Assembly: GCA_965215505.1 (NCBI GenBank)
Contig: OZ244065.1
Location: 640,001 to 704,000, forward strand
Source: Capsulimonadaceae bacterium
GTDB taxonomy: Bacteria; Armatimonadota; Armatimonadia; Armatimonadales; Capsulimonadaceae
Direction: 5' to 3'
DNA length: 64,000 nucleotides
Position numbers and translations under genes: made by a program. Positions within the stretch are counted from its first letter, which is position 1; the number at the start of each line of letters is the position of its first letter. The notes under the pieces were generated by a model. It did no database searches. It was given only the letters and a program-made list of their open reading frames with translations, and was not told the origin of the DNA. Shown piece after piece: positions 17,767 through 28,068 of the stretch.

Positions 17767-19317
17767 ATGGCATATTACTTAGGACTCGACATCGGCACGA
17801 GCGGGACGAAGGCGCTCCTGATTACAGAGAATGGGCAGCACGTCGCCTCGGATACGCAGGAGTACCCGCTGTCCACGCCCCGACCCCTGTGGGCGGAGCA
17901 GGACCCGGAAGACTGGTGGCAGGCGGCGATCCTGACGACCAAGAACGTGCTGCAAAAGGCGGGTATCAAGGGCGAGGAGATCGCGGGCATCGGGCTGTCC
18001 GGGCAGATGCACGGATCGGTGTTTCTGGACAAGGACAACCGAGTCCTGCGGCCCGCGCTGCTCTGGTGCGACCAGAGGACGCAGGCCGAATGCGACTGGA
18101 TCACGGCGCAGGTGGGACACGACGCCCTGGTGGAGCATATCAGCAACCCGGTCCTGACCGGATTCACGGCCCCGAAGATCGTCTGGCTGCGGAACCACGA
18201 GCAGGAAACCTATGACAAGGTGGTCAAGGTCCTGCTGCCAAAGGATTACATCCGGTACAAGCTGACCGGCGTTCATGCGACCGAAGTGTCGGATGCCAGC
18301 GGGACAGCCCTGCTGGATGTCAAGAACCGGCGCTGGTCGGAGGAGGTCTTGGAAGCGGCGGGCATTCCGCGCTCCTTCATGCCCGACTGCGCCGAGAGCA
18401 TCGAGATCACCGGGCATGTTCACGCCGAGGCAGCGGGCCTGACGGGGCTTGCCCAGGGAACGCCCGTCGCGGGCGGCGGCGGGGACCAGGCGGCGGGGGC
18501 GGTCGGCAGCGGCATCGTCGAAACCGGCGTCGTGTCCAGCACGGTGGGGACCAGCGGCGTCGTGTTCGCCTACTCGGACACGCCCGCGACCGACCCCCTT
18601 TTGCGCGTCCACACCTTCTGCCATGCCGTGCCGGGCAAGTGGCACACCATGGGCGTTGTCCTGTCGGCGGGCGGATCCCTGCGCTGGCTGCGCGACACGT
18701 TCTTCCAGCCGGAGGGCGTCGTCGCGCGGACGACCGGGGACGACCCCTACAACCTCATGGCCGAGGGGGCGCGGCAGGTCTCGGCCGGCTCCGAGGGGCT
18801 GATCTTCCTGCCCTATCTGACGGGCGAGCGAACGCCGTACCCGGACGCCAATGCGCGCGGGACGTTCCTCGGGATCACCCTGCGGCACAAGCGGCAGCAC
18901 TTCGCGCGGGCGGTCTTGGAGGGCGTCGCCTATGCGCTTAACGACACGTTCCAGATCTTTGATGAGATCGGCGTGCCGGTCACGCAGGTGCGGGCGTCCG
19001 GCGGCGGCGCGAAGTCGCCCGTGTGGCGTCAGATCCACGCCGATGTGACGGGCCATCCCCACGTCACGCTCTCCGTGGACGAAGGCCCGGCCTTGGGGGC
19101 CGCCCTGCTCGCCGCCGTCGGCATGGGGGCGTACCCTTCGGTGGCCGACGCCTGCCGCGCGGCCATCCAGACGGTCGCGCAGACCGACCCGGATGCGGCG
19201 GCGCACAAGACGTATGAGAAGTATTACGGCGTCTACCGGGCGCTGTACCCCGCCCTCAAAGAGCAGTTCGCGGCGGTGTCGGCGATTGCACAGGAGGCGC
19301 AGGAAGCCGCCCGGTGA
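17767..19317 (+). CDS. xylB: Xylulokinase (FGGY family)
   Basis: LGLDIGTSGTK, GLSGQMHG, LWCDQR, GGGDQAA, PYLTGERTP and SGGGAKS. Confidence 0.93.
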   Translation: MAYYLGLDIGTSGTKALLITENGQHVASDTQEYPLSTPRPLWAEQDPEDWWQAAILTTKNVLQKAGIKGEEIAGIGLSGQMHGSVFLDKDNRVLRPALLWCDQRTQAECDWITAQVGHDALVEHISNPVLTGFTAPKIVWLRNHEQETYDKVVKVLLPKDYIRYKLTGVHATEVSDASGTALLDVKNRRWSEEVLEAAGIPRSFMPDCAESIEITGHVHAEAAGLTGLAQGTPVAGGGGDQAAGAVGSGIVETGVVSSTVGTSGVVFAYSDTPATDPLLRVHTFCHAVPGKWHTMGVVLSAGGSLRWLRDTFFQPEGVVARTTGDDPYNLMAEGARQVSAGSEGLIFLPYLTGERTPYPDANARGTFLGITLRHKRQHFARAVLEGVAYALNDTFQIFDEIGVPVTQVRASGGGAKSPVWRQIHADVTGHPHVTLSVDEGPALGAALLAAVGMGAYPSVADACRAAIQTVAQTDPDAAAHKTYEKYYGVYRALYPALKEQFAAVSAIAQEAQEAAR

Positions 19318-19323
19318 AAGAAA

Positions 19324-19455
19324 CCATGCGTTGAAACGCACGGCAAGACGGCGCGGACGCCAGCAATCCCCGCTTCGCGGGGATCATAAGGATTTATCCC
19401 AGTGCCGCGAAGCGGTACTTCGTGGCCGCAGGCCGAATAGCCGTGCCATTCATGG
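19324..19455. repeat. Four-hairpin palindromic element (TGAA/TTCA-loop family)
   Basis: CCATGCGT-TGAA-ACGCACGG, ATCCCCGCTTCGCGGGGAT, AGTGCCGCGAAGCGGTACT, GCCGTGCCA-TTCA-TGG. Confidence 0.7.
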
Positions 19456-19496
19456 AGCAACTGCACCCGACGGCATGGTCCTTGAAAGGAAACTTA

Positions 19497-21344
19497 ATGC
19501 CCTCACAAACCTCCGACCGCTGGAAAGACGGAATGCGCGCCCCGCGCCTCCTTTGGACCCAGGTCGCCGCCCACGCCCCCGAGCGGGGCATCGCCACCAG
19601 TACGCATTCGGGCGTCTCTCAGGTGTACGCCTGGGACGTTCCCACCGGCGCGCTCCGGCCCCTGACCGACAAGCCCGGCGGCGTCACCTTCGGCCTGCTC
19701 TCGCCCGATGGCCGCTTTTTCTACTTCATGGATGATGCCAAAGGCAACGAAACCGGCCACTACGTCCGCATCCCCTATGAGGGCGGCCCCGCCGAAAACC
19801 TGACGCCCGGCCTGCCGGCCTACGGGGCGTCCACGACGCCGTTCCCGCAGCCCGCCGTGGCGTTCAGCCCCAGCGGGAATGCGCTCACGTTCCGCACCAA
19901 CGACGCCGACGGCTTCCACCTGTGCCGGATCGGCATCGCGCCGGATGGGGCGCTGGGTCCGCCCCGCTTCCTCTACAGCACCCCCAGCCTCTTCCGGACG
20001 CCCCTGCTCACGGAGGACGGCAGCATCGCCGTCGTCGCGGCCTCCGAGCGGACCGGGAAGCAGCAGTACGCGCTGCTCGCCTTCGACACGGACGGGGCGC
20101 GCGTCGGGGAGCTTTACGACGGGCCGGACAGCAGCATCGAGCCGATCGCGTTCAGCCCCGTGCCGAGCGACACGCGCGTGCTGGCGAGTTCCGACCGGAC
20201 GGGCGACAAGCGGCCCCTGCTGTGGGACGCCCGGACGGGCGAGCGCCGCGACCTACACCTGCCTGATGTGGCAGGCGAGATCGTGCCGCTGAACTGGTCG
20301 CCGGACGGCAGGCGCGTCCTGCTCTGCCGGTTTTCCAATGCCGTCCAGCGGCTCTACCTCTATGACCTGGGAACCGACCGGGCAACGCGGCTGGACCACC
20401 CCGACGGCGCGTTCACGTTCCTCGGCAGCTTGGGCGTCGCGTTCGCCCCGGACGGGCGCGAGATATTCGCCTCCTGGCAGAACGCCCAGAACAAATCGCG
20501 GCTGGTCGCCCTGGACGCCGACACAGGTGCAATGACGCGGACCGTCCTTTCGGCGGGCGACGCCCCGCCGGGACGACCGGTGCGCTCGGTCACGTTCCCC
20601 TCCTCCGACGGCCAGACGGTGCAGGGCTGGCTCTGCGTCCCAGACGGCGATGGGCCGTTCCCGACGGTCCTGGAAGTGCATGGCGGCCCGCACACCGTCG
20701 TCACCGAGTCGTTCGGCATGGGCAGCCTGTGGGCGGGGAACGGCTTCGCGTGGCTGTCGGTCAACTTCCGAGGCTCGACGACCTTCGGGCGGGACTTCAT
20801 GGGCAAGATCTGGGGCGACGCGGGGCACTGGGAACTGGAAGACATGGTGGCCGCGCGGGACTTCCTGGTCGAGCAGGGAATCGCCAAGCCCGACAAAATC
20901 CTCGTCACCGGCGGCTCCTACGGCGGCTACATGACCCTGCTGGCCCTCGGCAGGCGGCCCGACTTGTGGGCCGGCGGCATGGGGCTTGTCGCCATCGCCG
21001 ACCAGACGCTCACCTGGGAGGACTCGTCGGGCTTCCTCCAGGGCGTCACGACCGCGAGCTTCGGCGGGACGCCCGCCGAGAAGCCGGAGCTTTACCGGCG
21101 CGCTTCGCCGATCACCTACGCCGAGGATGTCTGCGCCCCGCTGCTTGTCATCCAGGGCCGCCACGACACGCGCTGCCCGCCGCGCCAGATGGAGGTCTAC
21201 GAAGCAAAGATGAAAGAGCTGGGCAAAGACATCGAAGTCGTCTGGTTCGACTCCGGGCACGGGTCCGGCGCGACCGAAGAAGTGATCGGATGGTACGACC
21301 GGATGCTGCATTTTGCCCGCCGCGTCGTCGGCCCGGACGCCTAG
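19497..21344 (+). CDS. S9 family peptidase (acylaminoacyl/dipeptidyl peptidase-like)
   Basis: Beta-propeller plus HGGP, GGSYGG, D(TRC) and SGH catalytic triad. Confidence 0.93.
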   Translation: MPSQTSDRWKDGMRAPRLLWTQVAAHAPERGIATSTHSGVSQVYAWDVPTGALRPLTDKPGGVTFGLLSPDGRFFYFMDDAKGNETGHYVRIPYEGGPAENLTPGLPAYGASTTPFPQPAVAFSPSGNALTFRTNDADGFHLCRIGIAPDGALGPPRFLYSTPSLFRTPLLTEDGSIAVVAASERTGKQQYALLAFDTDGARVGELYDGPDSSIEPIAFSPVPSDTRVLASSDRTGDKRPLLWDARTGERRDLHLPDVAGEIVPLNWSPDGRRVLLCRFSNAVQRLYLYDLGTDRATRLDHPDGAFTFLGSLGVAFAPDGREIFASWQNAQNKSRLVALDADTGAMTRTVLSAGDAPPGRPVRSVTFPSSDGQTVQGWLCVPDGDGPFPTVLEVHGGPHTVVTESFGMGSLWAGNGFAWLSVNFRGSTTFGRDFMGKIWGDAGHWELEDMVAARDFLVEQGIAKPDKILVTGGSYGGYMTLLALGRRPDLWAGGMGLVAIADQTLTWEDSSGFLQGVTTASFGGTPAEKPELYRRASPITYAEDVCAPLLVIQGRHDTRCPPRQMEVYEAKMKELGKDIEVVWFDSGHGSGATEEVIGWYDRMLHFARRVVGPDA

Positions 21345-21356
21345 AAAGACACGCTC

Positions 21357-22019
21357 ATGCCCCGCTCCTTCGGAGAACCTTTGACCAGGCTGCGCGCCGT
21401 CCCCATCAAGGACAACGGCGAGCCGCTTGTAGACCCGCGTACCCTGTCTAAACGCATCCACTTCGCCGAAAAGCACCCCAAGTTCGAGGGGATGCCCCGG
21501 ACGCCCAAGGTCCGCAAGGGTGTTGCTGAGAAACTGGCCCAGGCCGCCGAGTCGCTGCCCGATGGCACCGATATCGTCATCATCGAAGGCTTCCGCCCGC
21601 TCGCCCAGCAGCGGTTCATGTACGAGGAGCTGAAAAAGGAGTTCGCCCAGAAGCACCCTGAGTGGGGCAAAGCGACTTTGCACCGCATCACCAACACCAT
21701 GTCCGCCCCGCCCGACGACCCCTGCCCCCCGCCCCACACGACCGGCGGGGCGGTCGACCTGTCCCTGGTCCGCGTCAAGGGCGGCGAGTGGCTGGACATG
21801 ACGTCGCCCTTCGAGATGGACGAAACCAGCGCGCCCGGCGACACGCCCGGCCTGAGCGACGAGGCCCAGGCCAACCGCCGCCTGCTGTTTGGGGCGCTGG
21901 AAAAGACAGGCCTGACCAACTATCTGGGCGAATGGTGGCACTGGTCCTACGGCGATTCGGGCTGGGCCTTGCGCATCGGGGCGGAAAAAGCGATTTACGA
22001 CCGGCTGCCGGAGAACTGA
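21357..22019 (+). CDS. M15 family D-Ala-D-Ala dipeptidase (VanX/DdpX-like)
   Basis: EGFRP, PHTTGGAVDL and EWWHWSYGD. Confidence 0.9.
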   Translation: MPRSFGEPLTRLRAVPIKDNGEPLVDPRTLSKRIHFAEKHPKFEGMPRTPKVRKGVAEKLAQAAESLPDGTDIVIIEGFRPLAQQRFMYEELKKEFAQKHPEWGKATLHRITNTMSAPPDDPCPPPHTTGGAVDLSLVRVKGGEWLDMTSPFEMDETSAPGDTPGLSDEAQANRRLLFGALEKTGLTNYLGEWWHWSYGDSGWALRIGAEKAIYDRLPEN

Positions 22020-22020
22020 C

Positions 22021-22054
22021 GAAGCCCCGGCCTCCCATAGGAGGCCGGGGCTTC
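22021..22054. terminator. Hairpin between convergent genes (likely bidirectional terminator)
   Basis: GAAGCCCCGGCCTCC-CATA-GGAGGCCGGGGCTTC. Confidence 0.7.
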
Positions 22055-22078
22055 TGCATTCGGAGGCAGTACGCTTGA

Positions 22079-22828
22079 CTATCGCTCCTGGTCGGTCGGG
22101 CGGATCAGGATCTCGTTGACGTTGACGCGGGGCGGTTGGGTGACAGCGTAGAGGATGGCAGCGGCGATGTCCTCGCTCTCCAGCGGGGTCATGGCCTGGA
22201 CGAACGCCTCGATCTGCTGCTTGGCTTCGGGGTGCGTGATGTGCTGGGTCAGCTCGGTCGCCACCGCGCCCGGCTCGATGATCGTCACCCGGATCTTGTC
22301 CTTGTAGACCTCCTGCCGCAGCGACTCGGAGAAGGCCCCGACGCCCCACTTGCTGGCGTTGTAGACGCCCGCGCCCGCCCGCGCGGTCCGGCCCGCGACG
22401 CTGGAGATGTTGACGATGTGGCCCGTGCCCTGCGCGCGCATCAGCGGCAGGGCGGCGTGGGTGGCGTACATCAGGCCCAGGACATTGGTGTTAATCATCC
22501 GCCGCCAATCCTCGGTGTCCGCATTCCCGATGGGGCCGAGCAGCATGACGCCCGCATTGTTGACCAGGATGTCAATTCGCCCGAAGGCGGCGTTCGCGGC
22601 CACCACCATTTCCCGCGCCTGGTCTTCCACAGCAACATCCGCCACAATGGCTTTGACCTTGCCGCCCATCGCCTCGATGCGTTTAGCTAAGTCTTCCAGC
22701 CGGTCCGCGCGCCGGGCGGAAATCGCGACCGAAGCCCCTTCTTCCGCCAGGGCCAATGCCGTCGCCTCGCCGATGCCCGACGAGGCGCCCGTCACCAGCG
22801 CGACTTTGCCGTCCAATTTCCCTGCCAT
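22079..22828 (-). CDS. Short-chain dehydrogenase/reductase
   Basis: TGASSGIG, NNAG and YNASK. Confidence 0.95.
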   Translation of the reverse strand: MAGKLDGKVALVTGASSGIGEATALALAEEGASVAISARRADRLEDLAKRIEAMGGKVKAIVADVAVEDQAREMVVAANAAFGRIDILVNNAGVMLLGPIGNADTEDWRRMINTNVLGLMYATHAALPLMRAQGTGHIVNISSVAGRTARAGAGVYNASKWGVGAFSESLRQEVYKDKIRVTIIEPGAVATELTQHITHPEAKQQIEAFVQAMTPLESEDIAAAILYAVTQPPRVNVNEILIRPTDQER

Positions 22829-23162
22829 GTGTCCGTATCTCCTTTAATGCCCTGCCGAAGCCGGACTTGTCCGGCCAATATACCCGTGCGGCAGGACTTC
22901 GTATCAGAGGACGGTCAGGAGAGCGGAGGCGTCTCTGCAATGTTCCTGGGTATGAATACCGTTTTCTGACGCCTGCCTCTGTTGCGAACCGCCACCAGAG
23001 TTTTAGAACTGAACAGGCCATCCGTCAGATAGAAGTCGGCTTCAAACAGGAAGCCGAACAGCTCGTAGAGGCCAATGAAGAACCGGATGGTCCCCAGGCC
23101 GACGTGCAGTAGTATCTCGCTCATCTTCCCCTCCAACAAACGCCGAGCATGTCCGCCTGAAG

Positions 23163-23765
23163 TCATTCGCCCGCCGCATCGCCCGCGAACTCGATTAAGG
23201 CGTAGATGTCCGACAGGGCCAGCGCCGTCTCCACGCTGGGCAGATGGACGGCACTGTCCAGACCGGTGATGACCCGATAACGCCAGTGATCGTCGTCGCG
23301 CGTGTAGAGTTCGATGCGCGCCTCGTCCTGAGCTACCAGGAGGTAGTCGGCCAGGGCCGGGACGGTCTGGTAATAGCGGAACTTTTCGCCATGGTCATAG
23401 GCTTCAGTGGAGTCGGAGAGGACTTCGACGACCAGGAGAGGGTTGGTGATAATGTCCTTGCGGCTCCGGTGGAAGCCGAGCGGCCCGCAGACGACCGACA
23501 CGTCGGGGAAAGTGTTGACATCCGCGCGGGTATGGACCTTCATGTCCGAGCCAAAGACGCGGCAGCCCCTGGGGACGAGGGCGTTGCCGAGGGCGCGGAC
23601 GATGTTGCCACCGATGGTGCTGTGGTCGGCGGTGCCGCCGCTCATGGCGCGGATTTTGCCTTTGACGTATTCCCAGCGCCCGAAGTTGGTGCGCTCGAAC
23701 TCGAAGGACTCGTCCTCGGTATAGCACTCTTTTTCGATGTACTGGTATTGGCGGGCTAAAGCCAT
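23163..23765 (-). CDS. Uma2 family (DUF820) endonuclease
   Basis: WEYVKGKIRAMSGG, FPDVSVVC, VVEVLSDSTEAYD.GEKF. AGAGG RBS before ATG 23765. Confidence 0.9.
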   Translation of the reverse strand: MALARQYQYIEKECYTEDESFEFERTNFGRWEYVKGKIRAMSGGTADHSTIGGNIVRALGNALVPRGCRVFGSDMKVHTRADVNTFPDVSVVCGPLGFHRSRKDIITNPLLVVEVLSDSTEAYDHGEKFRYYQTVPALADYLLVAQDEARIELYTRDDDHWRYRVITGLDSAVHLPSVETALALSDIYALIEFAGDAAGE

Positions 23766-23821
23766 TGTTGTTCCTCTGCGCTTGTGGTTCTGCGGCGGAT
23801 GGGGCGATTCCTGCTTGACGC

Positions 23822-24556
23822 CTAGACGGACCGCGCGGCGCGGAGGAGCCAGGCGGCGAGGGCGTCGCGGCGGGCGGACATCTGCGCCTCGACGTCGGCG
23901 TGGGAGAGGGGGGCGTTGGTGAGGAGGCCGGTGCCGTAGTTGGTGGCGAGGGCGACGCCCGCGTAGGGCAGGCCGGCCTCGCGGCACAGGGTGGCCTCGG
24001 GTGCCCCGGTCATGCCGACGACGTGGGCACCCCAGCCCGCGAACAGGCGGACCTCGGCGGGCGTCTCGTAGCGCGGGCCGGAGACGCACAGGTAGGTGCC
24101 GTGCGGGTGGATGTTGGGTGCCAGAGTGGAATCCACGGCGGCGAGCAGGGCCGCGCGCAGGGCGGGGTCGTAGGGATGAACGAAATCGGTGTGGCGGACG
24201 TCGCCCGGCTCCCCGAAAAAGGTGACGACCTCACCTTTGGTCAGGTCCAGGAAGTCATCCAGCACGACCAGATCGCCCGGCACGATCTCGGAGCGCAGCG
24301 AGCCGGCGGCGGCGGTGGCGAAAACGGCATCGGCCTCCAGGTGGCGCAGGGCAGCGATGTTGGCGCGGTGGTTGATCCGGTGCGGCGGCAGCCGGTGGCC
24401 CGCGCCGTGCCGGGCCAGGAACAGCAGTTCGCGGCCTTCGTCCAGGTCGGCCCGCGTGAGTGAGGCCGCGCCGTAAGCGGTTTCGACCGTTTCGGGCGTC
24501 CCCGCCACCAGGGCTTCGCCGAAGCCCGTCCCGCCGATGATCGCGATGCGCCTCAT
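23822..24556 (-). CDS. mtnP: 5'-methylthioadenosine/purine nucleoside phosphorylase
   Basis: IAIIGGTG, LARHG, GPRYETPAE, VVGMT and TNY. Confidence 0.85.
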   Translation of the reverse strand: MRRIAIIGGTGFGEALVAGTPETVETAYGAASLTRADLDEGRELLFLARHGAGHRLPPHRINHRANIAALRHLEADAVFATAAAGSLRSEIVPGDLVVLDDFLDLTKGEVVTFFGEPGDVRHTDFVHPYDPALRAALLAAVDSTLAPNIHPHGTYLCVSGPRYETPAEVRLFAGWGAHVVGMTGAPEATLCREAGLPYAGVALATNYGTGLLTNAPLSHADVEAQMSARRDALAAWLLRAARSV

Positions 24557-24571
24557 TGACAAACGCCCCCT

Positions 24572-26734
24572 TTGCGTGATACACTGCCCGCCGTGAGAGA
24601 CACGCGAGCGAGCGAACGCCCCCATTCCCCACTCTATTCTACACCATCCGCGCGCCCGTGGCAAGCCCGCCTCCTGGTTCCAGCCTTCCTGCTCCTGCTG
24701 ACGCTCCTCTACTTCTGGCCGCAGGTTGTTCAGGGCCGCGTTCTGTATTGGGGCGACATCGGCTTGTACTTTACCCCGATGGCGGGCTTCCTGCGGGAGA
24801 ACCTGCGGGCGGGGCGCGTCCCGCTCTGGAACCCCTTGATCTTCTGCGGCACTCCGTATGCCGGCAACCCGCAGGCATGGCCGCTGTACCCGGTCACGGC
24901 CCTGCTGCCGCTCGTGTTCCCCTCCTACTTCCTCGGCCTCACCGTCGCGCTACACGTCTGGCTTGCGGGCATCGGGACCTACCTGTTCGCCCGGCGCGTG
25001 CTGGCCGTTGGGCGGGCGGCGGCCCTGCTGGCAGCCATCACGTTCATGTTCGGCGGGCAATTGGTTTCCAAAGAACAGTTCCCGAACATGGTGCAGGCGT
25101 CCGCCTGGCTGCCCTGGGTGCTGTGGGCGCTGGACCGGGTGCTGCGCGGGCATCGCGTCCGGGACGCGCTGGGGCTGGGCCTGATACTCGGGCTGCAACT
25201 GCTGGCCGCCCACGCGCAGATGACCCTGCTGACGCTGTACCTGGCGTCGGCCTGGGGCGTGTTCGTGCTGCGGGCGCACCCGGTGCGGCGGCAGACGGTG
25301 GGGCGTCTCCTCCTCTCCGGCTTCGTGGCGGTGGGGTTGGCGGCGGGGCAGATTTTGCCCGCCGTGGCACTGTTCCGGGACGCGGCCCGGCAGAAGCTCT
25401 CGTTCCACGTCGTCAACCGCTTCTTCCTGCCGGACCATCAGCTCGGCAATTTCCTGCTGCCGCGCCTGCACGGGCACCCCTATTGGGGCGACTGGACGGC
25501 GCGGGGCAACTTCTGGGAGACGTGCTGCTATGTCGGCTGGCTGTCCTTCGGACTGGCGCTCTGGGGCGGCGTCGCGGCCTGGCGCAAGGGGGGGATGGCG
25601 GCGGCCCGGTTCTGGACCGGCGTCTTTGCGTTCGGCGTCTGGATGGCGATGGGGGGGAGCGGCGGGCTGTACTATGCAGCCTACTTCGCCCTGCCGGGCT
25701 TCCGCGCCTTCCACGACCCGGCCCGCTGCCTGCTGTGGGCGTGCTTCGCGCTCTCACTGCTGGCGGGGTACGGCCTGGAACGGGTCCGAACGCGGCCCCT
25801 CGGCCTGACCGTCACCGTTCTGCTGCTGGCCTTCGCCGACCTGACACTCTTCGGGCGGACGCTGTACCCGCTGGCGGACCCGGCCGCGCTGTTCCCGGTT
25901 CCGCCGAACATCGCCGCCGTCCGGGCTGACCCGGACGTGCGGGCGCATCAGGCGCGCATCCTGGCCCCGACGGCGGGCGTCTGGCTGCGCTTCACCGGGC
26001 TGAAGAGTTTCCGCCAGGACGTGCCGGGGTATCAGACGCTCTGGGCGGACACCCTGACGCCCAACCTGATGATGCCCTACGGCCTGCGCGACGCCTACGG
26101 CTATGAGCCGGTGGCGCTGAAGGACGCGCAGGCGACCGACGGCAAGGCGGCGCAGGCGTTCGACCCAAAGGCGAAGTCGGAACAGAGGCTGGAGGCGGCG
26201 AGCCTCGCGGGCGCACTCGGCGTGAAGTACGTCGCCGTCTGCCGCGTCACGCCGCCGGAGACGACTCTTCCCGGACTGATCCCAATGCGCGCCGCGCTCA
26301 CCCTCGCGCCGCCGGGGCGGCAGACCGGGCAGCAGGCGCAAGTCTACCTGTCCCGGAACGCGCGGTGGCAGCCGCGCGCCTGTCTGGAAGGGTCATCCGC
26401 GCCGGTCATGCTTCAGGAGGCGGGGCCGGACCGGGTGACGCTGACGTGCGTGACGACTCGCCCAGCCCGGCTGATACTGGCGGACACGCAGGCGGCGGGC
26501 TGGTCGGCCACGGATAACGGGCGGCCGTTGACCATCGGGACCTACCGAGGGAGCCTGCGGGCTGTTGGTCTGACAGAGGTCGGGGCCCACACCGTCGTGT
26601 TCACCTATTCCCCCACCCCGTACCGGCTCGGCCTGTACCTGTCGCTGCTGACTCTGGCAGGACTGGCGGGGGCGTTTGCCGCCATAAGAAAATTCGTGCG
26701 CTTGGGAGGAATCGGCGGCGGCAGCGTGGAATAG
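24572..26734 (+). CDS. YfhO-like polytopic membrane protein (GT-C type)
   Basis: PLWNP...G.P, many TMs and a C-terminal GWSA..NG...H.V.F.Y.P domain. Start uncertain. Confidence 0.8.
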   Translation: MRDTLPAVRDTRASERPHSPLYSTPSARPWQARLLVPAFLLLLTLLYFWPQVVQGRVLYWGDIGLYFTPMAGFLRENLRAGRVPLWNPLIFCGTPYAGNPQAWPLYPVTALLPLVFPSYFLGLTVALHVWLAGIGTYLFARRVLAVGRAAALLAAITFMFGGQLVSKEQFPNMVQASAWLPWVLWALDRVLRGHRVRDALGLGLILGLQLLAAHAQMTLLTLYLASAWGVFVLRAHPVRRQTVGRLLLSGFVAVGLAAGQILPAVALFRDAARQKLSFHVVNRFFLPDHQLGNFLLPRLHGHPYWGDWTARGNFWETCCYVGWLSFGLALWGGVAAWRKGGMAAARFWTGVFAFGVWMAMGGSGGLYYAAYFALPGFRAFHDPARCLLWACFALSLLAGYGLERVRTRPLGLTVTVLLLAFADLTLFGRTLYPLADPAALFPVPPNIAAVRADPDVRAHQARILAPTAGVWLRFTGLKSFRQDVPGYQTLWADTLTPNLMMPYGLRDAYGYEPVALKDAQATDGKAAQAFDPKAKSEQRLEAASLAGALGVKYVAVCRVTPPETTLPGLIPMRAALTLAPPGRQTGQQAQVYLSRNARWQPRACLEGSSAPVMLQEAGPDRVTLTCVTTRPARLILADTQAAGWSATDNGRPLTIGTYRGSLRAVGLTEVGAHTVVFTYSPTPYRLGLYLSLLTLAGLAGAFAAIRKFVRLGGIGGGSVE

Positions 26735-26822
26735 CGGCAGAACAGTCCGGGCAGTGCCGCCCCACCCTTCCCAAAGACCCAAGACTCAGCGACCCAAATC
26801 TACTTCGGAGGACTTTTCTCAT

Positions 26823-28049
26823 ATGCCTCATCCCAGCGCCACCGCGCGTTTGTTCGGCTGCCTCTTTTCCGCCGCCGCTTTAGGATTCACCCTAGCCGGC
26901 TGCGCCAACAAATCGCCCGGCGGCTCGTCCGGCGGGGGTGCGGCCTCGGACGCCATCGTCATCGGCGAATACGGCTCCATGACCGGCGCGCAGGCGACCT
27001 TCGGGGTGGCGACCGACAACGGCATCCAGCTCGCCGTTTCCCAGATCAACGCGGCGGGCGGCATTGACGGGCACAAGGTCCAGGTCGGCTCGACCGGCAA
27101 GCCCGAGGACGACCAGGGCCAGCCGGACGCCGCGCTGACGGGGGTGAAGAAACTGATCACCCAGGACAAGGCCGTCGCCGTGCTGGGCGAGGTGGCCTCC
27201 AAAAACTCCATCGCCGCCGCGCCGTTCTGCAACTCCAACAAGGTGCCGATGATCTCCCCTTCGTCCACCAACCCCAAGGTGACCGCGACCGGCAAGTACA
27301 TCTTCCGCGTCTGCTTCATTGACCCCTTCCAGGGCACGGTCGGAGCCAAGTTCGCGACGGGGACGCTGCACGCGAAAACGGCGGCGGTGCTGTACGACAA
27401 GACGAGCGACTACAGCAATGGCCTCCAAGACTTCTTCCAGAAGGCATTCACCTCCCAGGGCGGCAAGGTGGTGAGCGTCAGCACCTATCAGGGCGGTGAC
27501 CCCGATTTTCGGTCGGCCCTGACCACGATCCGGGCGACCAATCCGGACATCCTGTATGTCCCCGGCTACTACACCGACATCGGCACCATCGCCCGACAGG
27601 CGCGCGAGGTCGGCATCAAGGTCCCGATTATCGGCGGCGACGGTTGGGAGTCGCCGGACCTCCTGAAAGGCGCGGGCGGCGCGCTTGAGGGCTGCTATTT
27701 CACCGACCACAGCGCGCTCGACCCGAAGGACCCCCTGGTCAAGAAATTCATTGACGCTTATAAAGCCGCGTATAAGGGCCAAAGCCCCGACGCCCTGGCC
27801 GGCGCGGGCTACGACGCCGCGGGGGTCCTGTTCGCCGCCTTCAAGGCCGCCGGGAAGCCCGCCGACGGCGACTACAACTCGGACGATTACCGGGCCAAGC
27901 TGCGCGACGCTATCGCGGCGACGAAGGACTACAAGGGCGCGACCGGCGACATCACGCTGGACGCCGACCGGAACGCCAAAAAGTCCGCCGTCGTCTTGCA
28001 GATCAAGGGCGACAATTACAAAAACCTAATCGCCACGTTCCAGCCGTAG
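26823..28049 (+). CDS. Branched-chain amino acid ABC transporter substrate-binding lipoprotein
   Basis: LAGC lipobox, INAAGGI, SPSSTN, FRVCFID and GGDGW. Confidence 0.93.
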   Translation: MPHPSATARLFGCLFSAAALGFTLAGCANKSPGGSSGGGAASDAIVIGEYGSMTGAQATFGVATDNGIQLAVSQINAAGGIDGHKVQVGSTGKPEDDQGQPDAALTGVKKLITQDKAVAVLGEVASKNSIAAAPFCNSNKVPMISPSSTNPKVTATGKYIFRVCFIDPFQGTVGAKFATGTLHAKTAAVLYDKTSDYSNGLQDFFQKAFTSQGGKVVSVSTYQGGDPDFRSALTTIRATNPDILYVPGYYTDIGTIARQAREVGIKVPIIGGDGWESPDLLKGAGGALEGCYFTDHSALDPKDPLVKKFIDAYKAAYKGQSPDALAGAGYDAAGVLFAAFKAAGKPADGDYNSDDYRAKLRDAIAATKDYKGATGDITLDADRNAKKSAVVLQIKGDNYKNLIATFQP

Positions 28050-28068
28050 GGCCTTCACACTCACGCCT

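Noticed and set aside
21357-22019. vanX glycopeptide resistance
   Set aside because: No vanH/vanA/vanRS nearby; more likely a housekeeping dipeptidase.
22850-23160. Lower-GC gap with short ORFs between SDR and Uma2
   Set aside because: No convincing start or motif; may be a gene remnant but cannot be supported.
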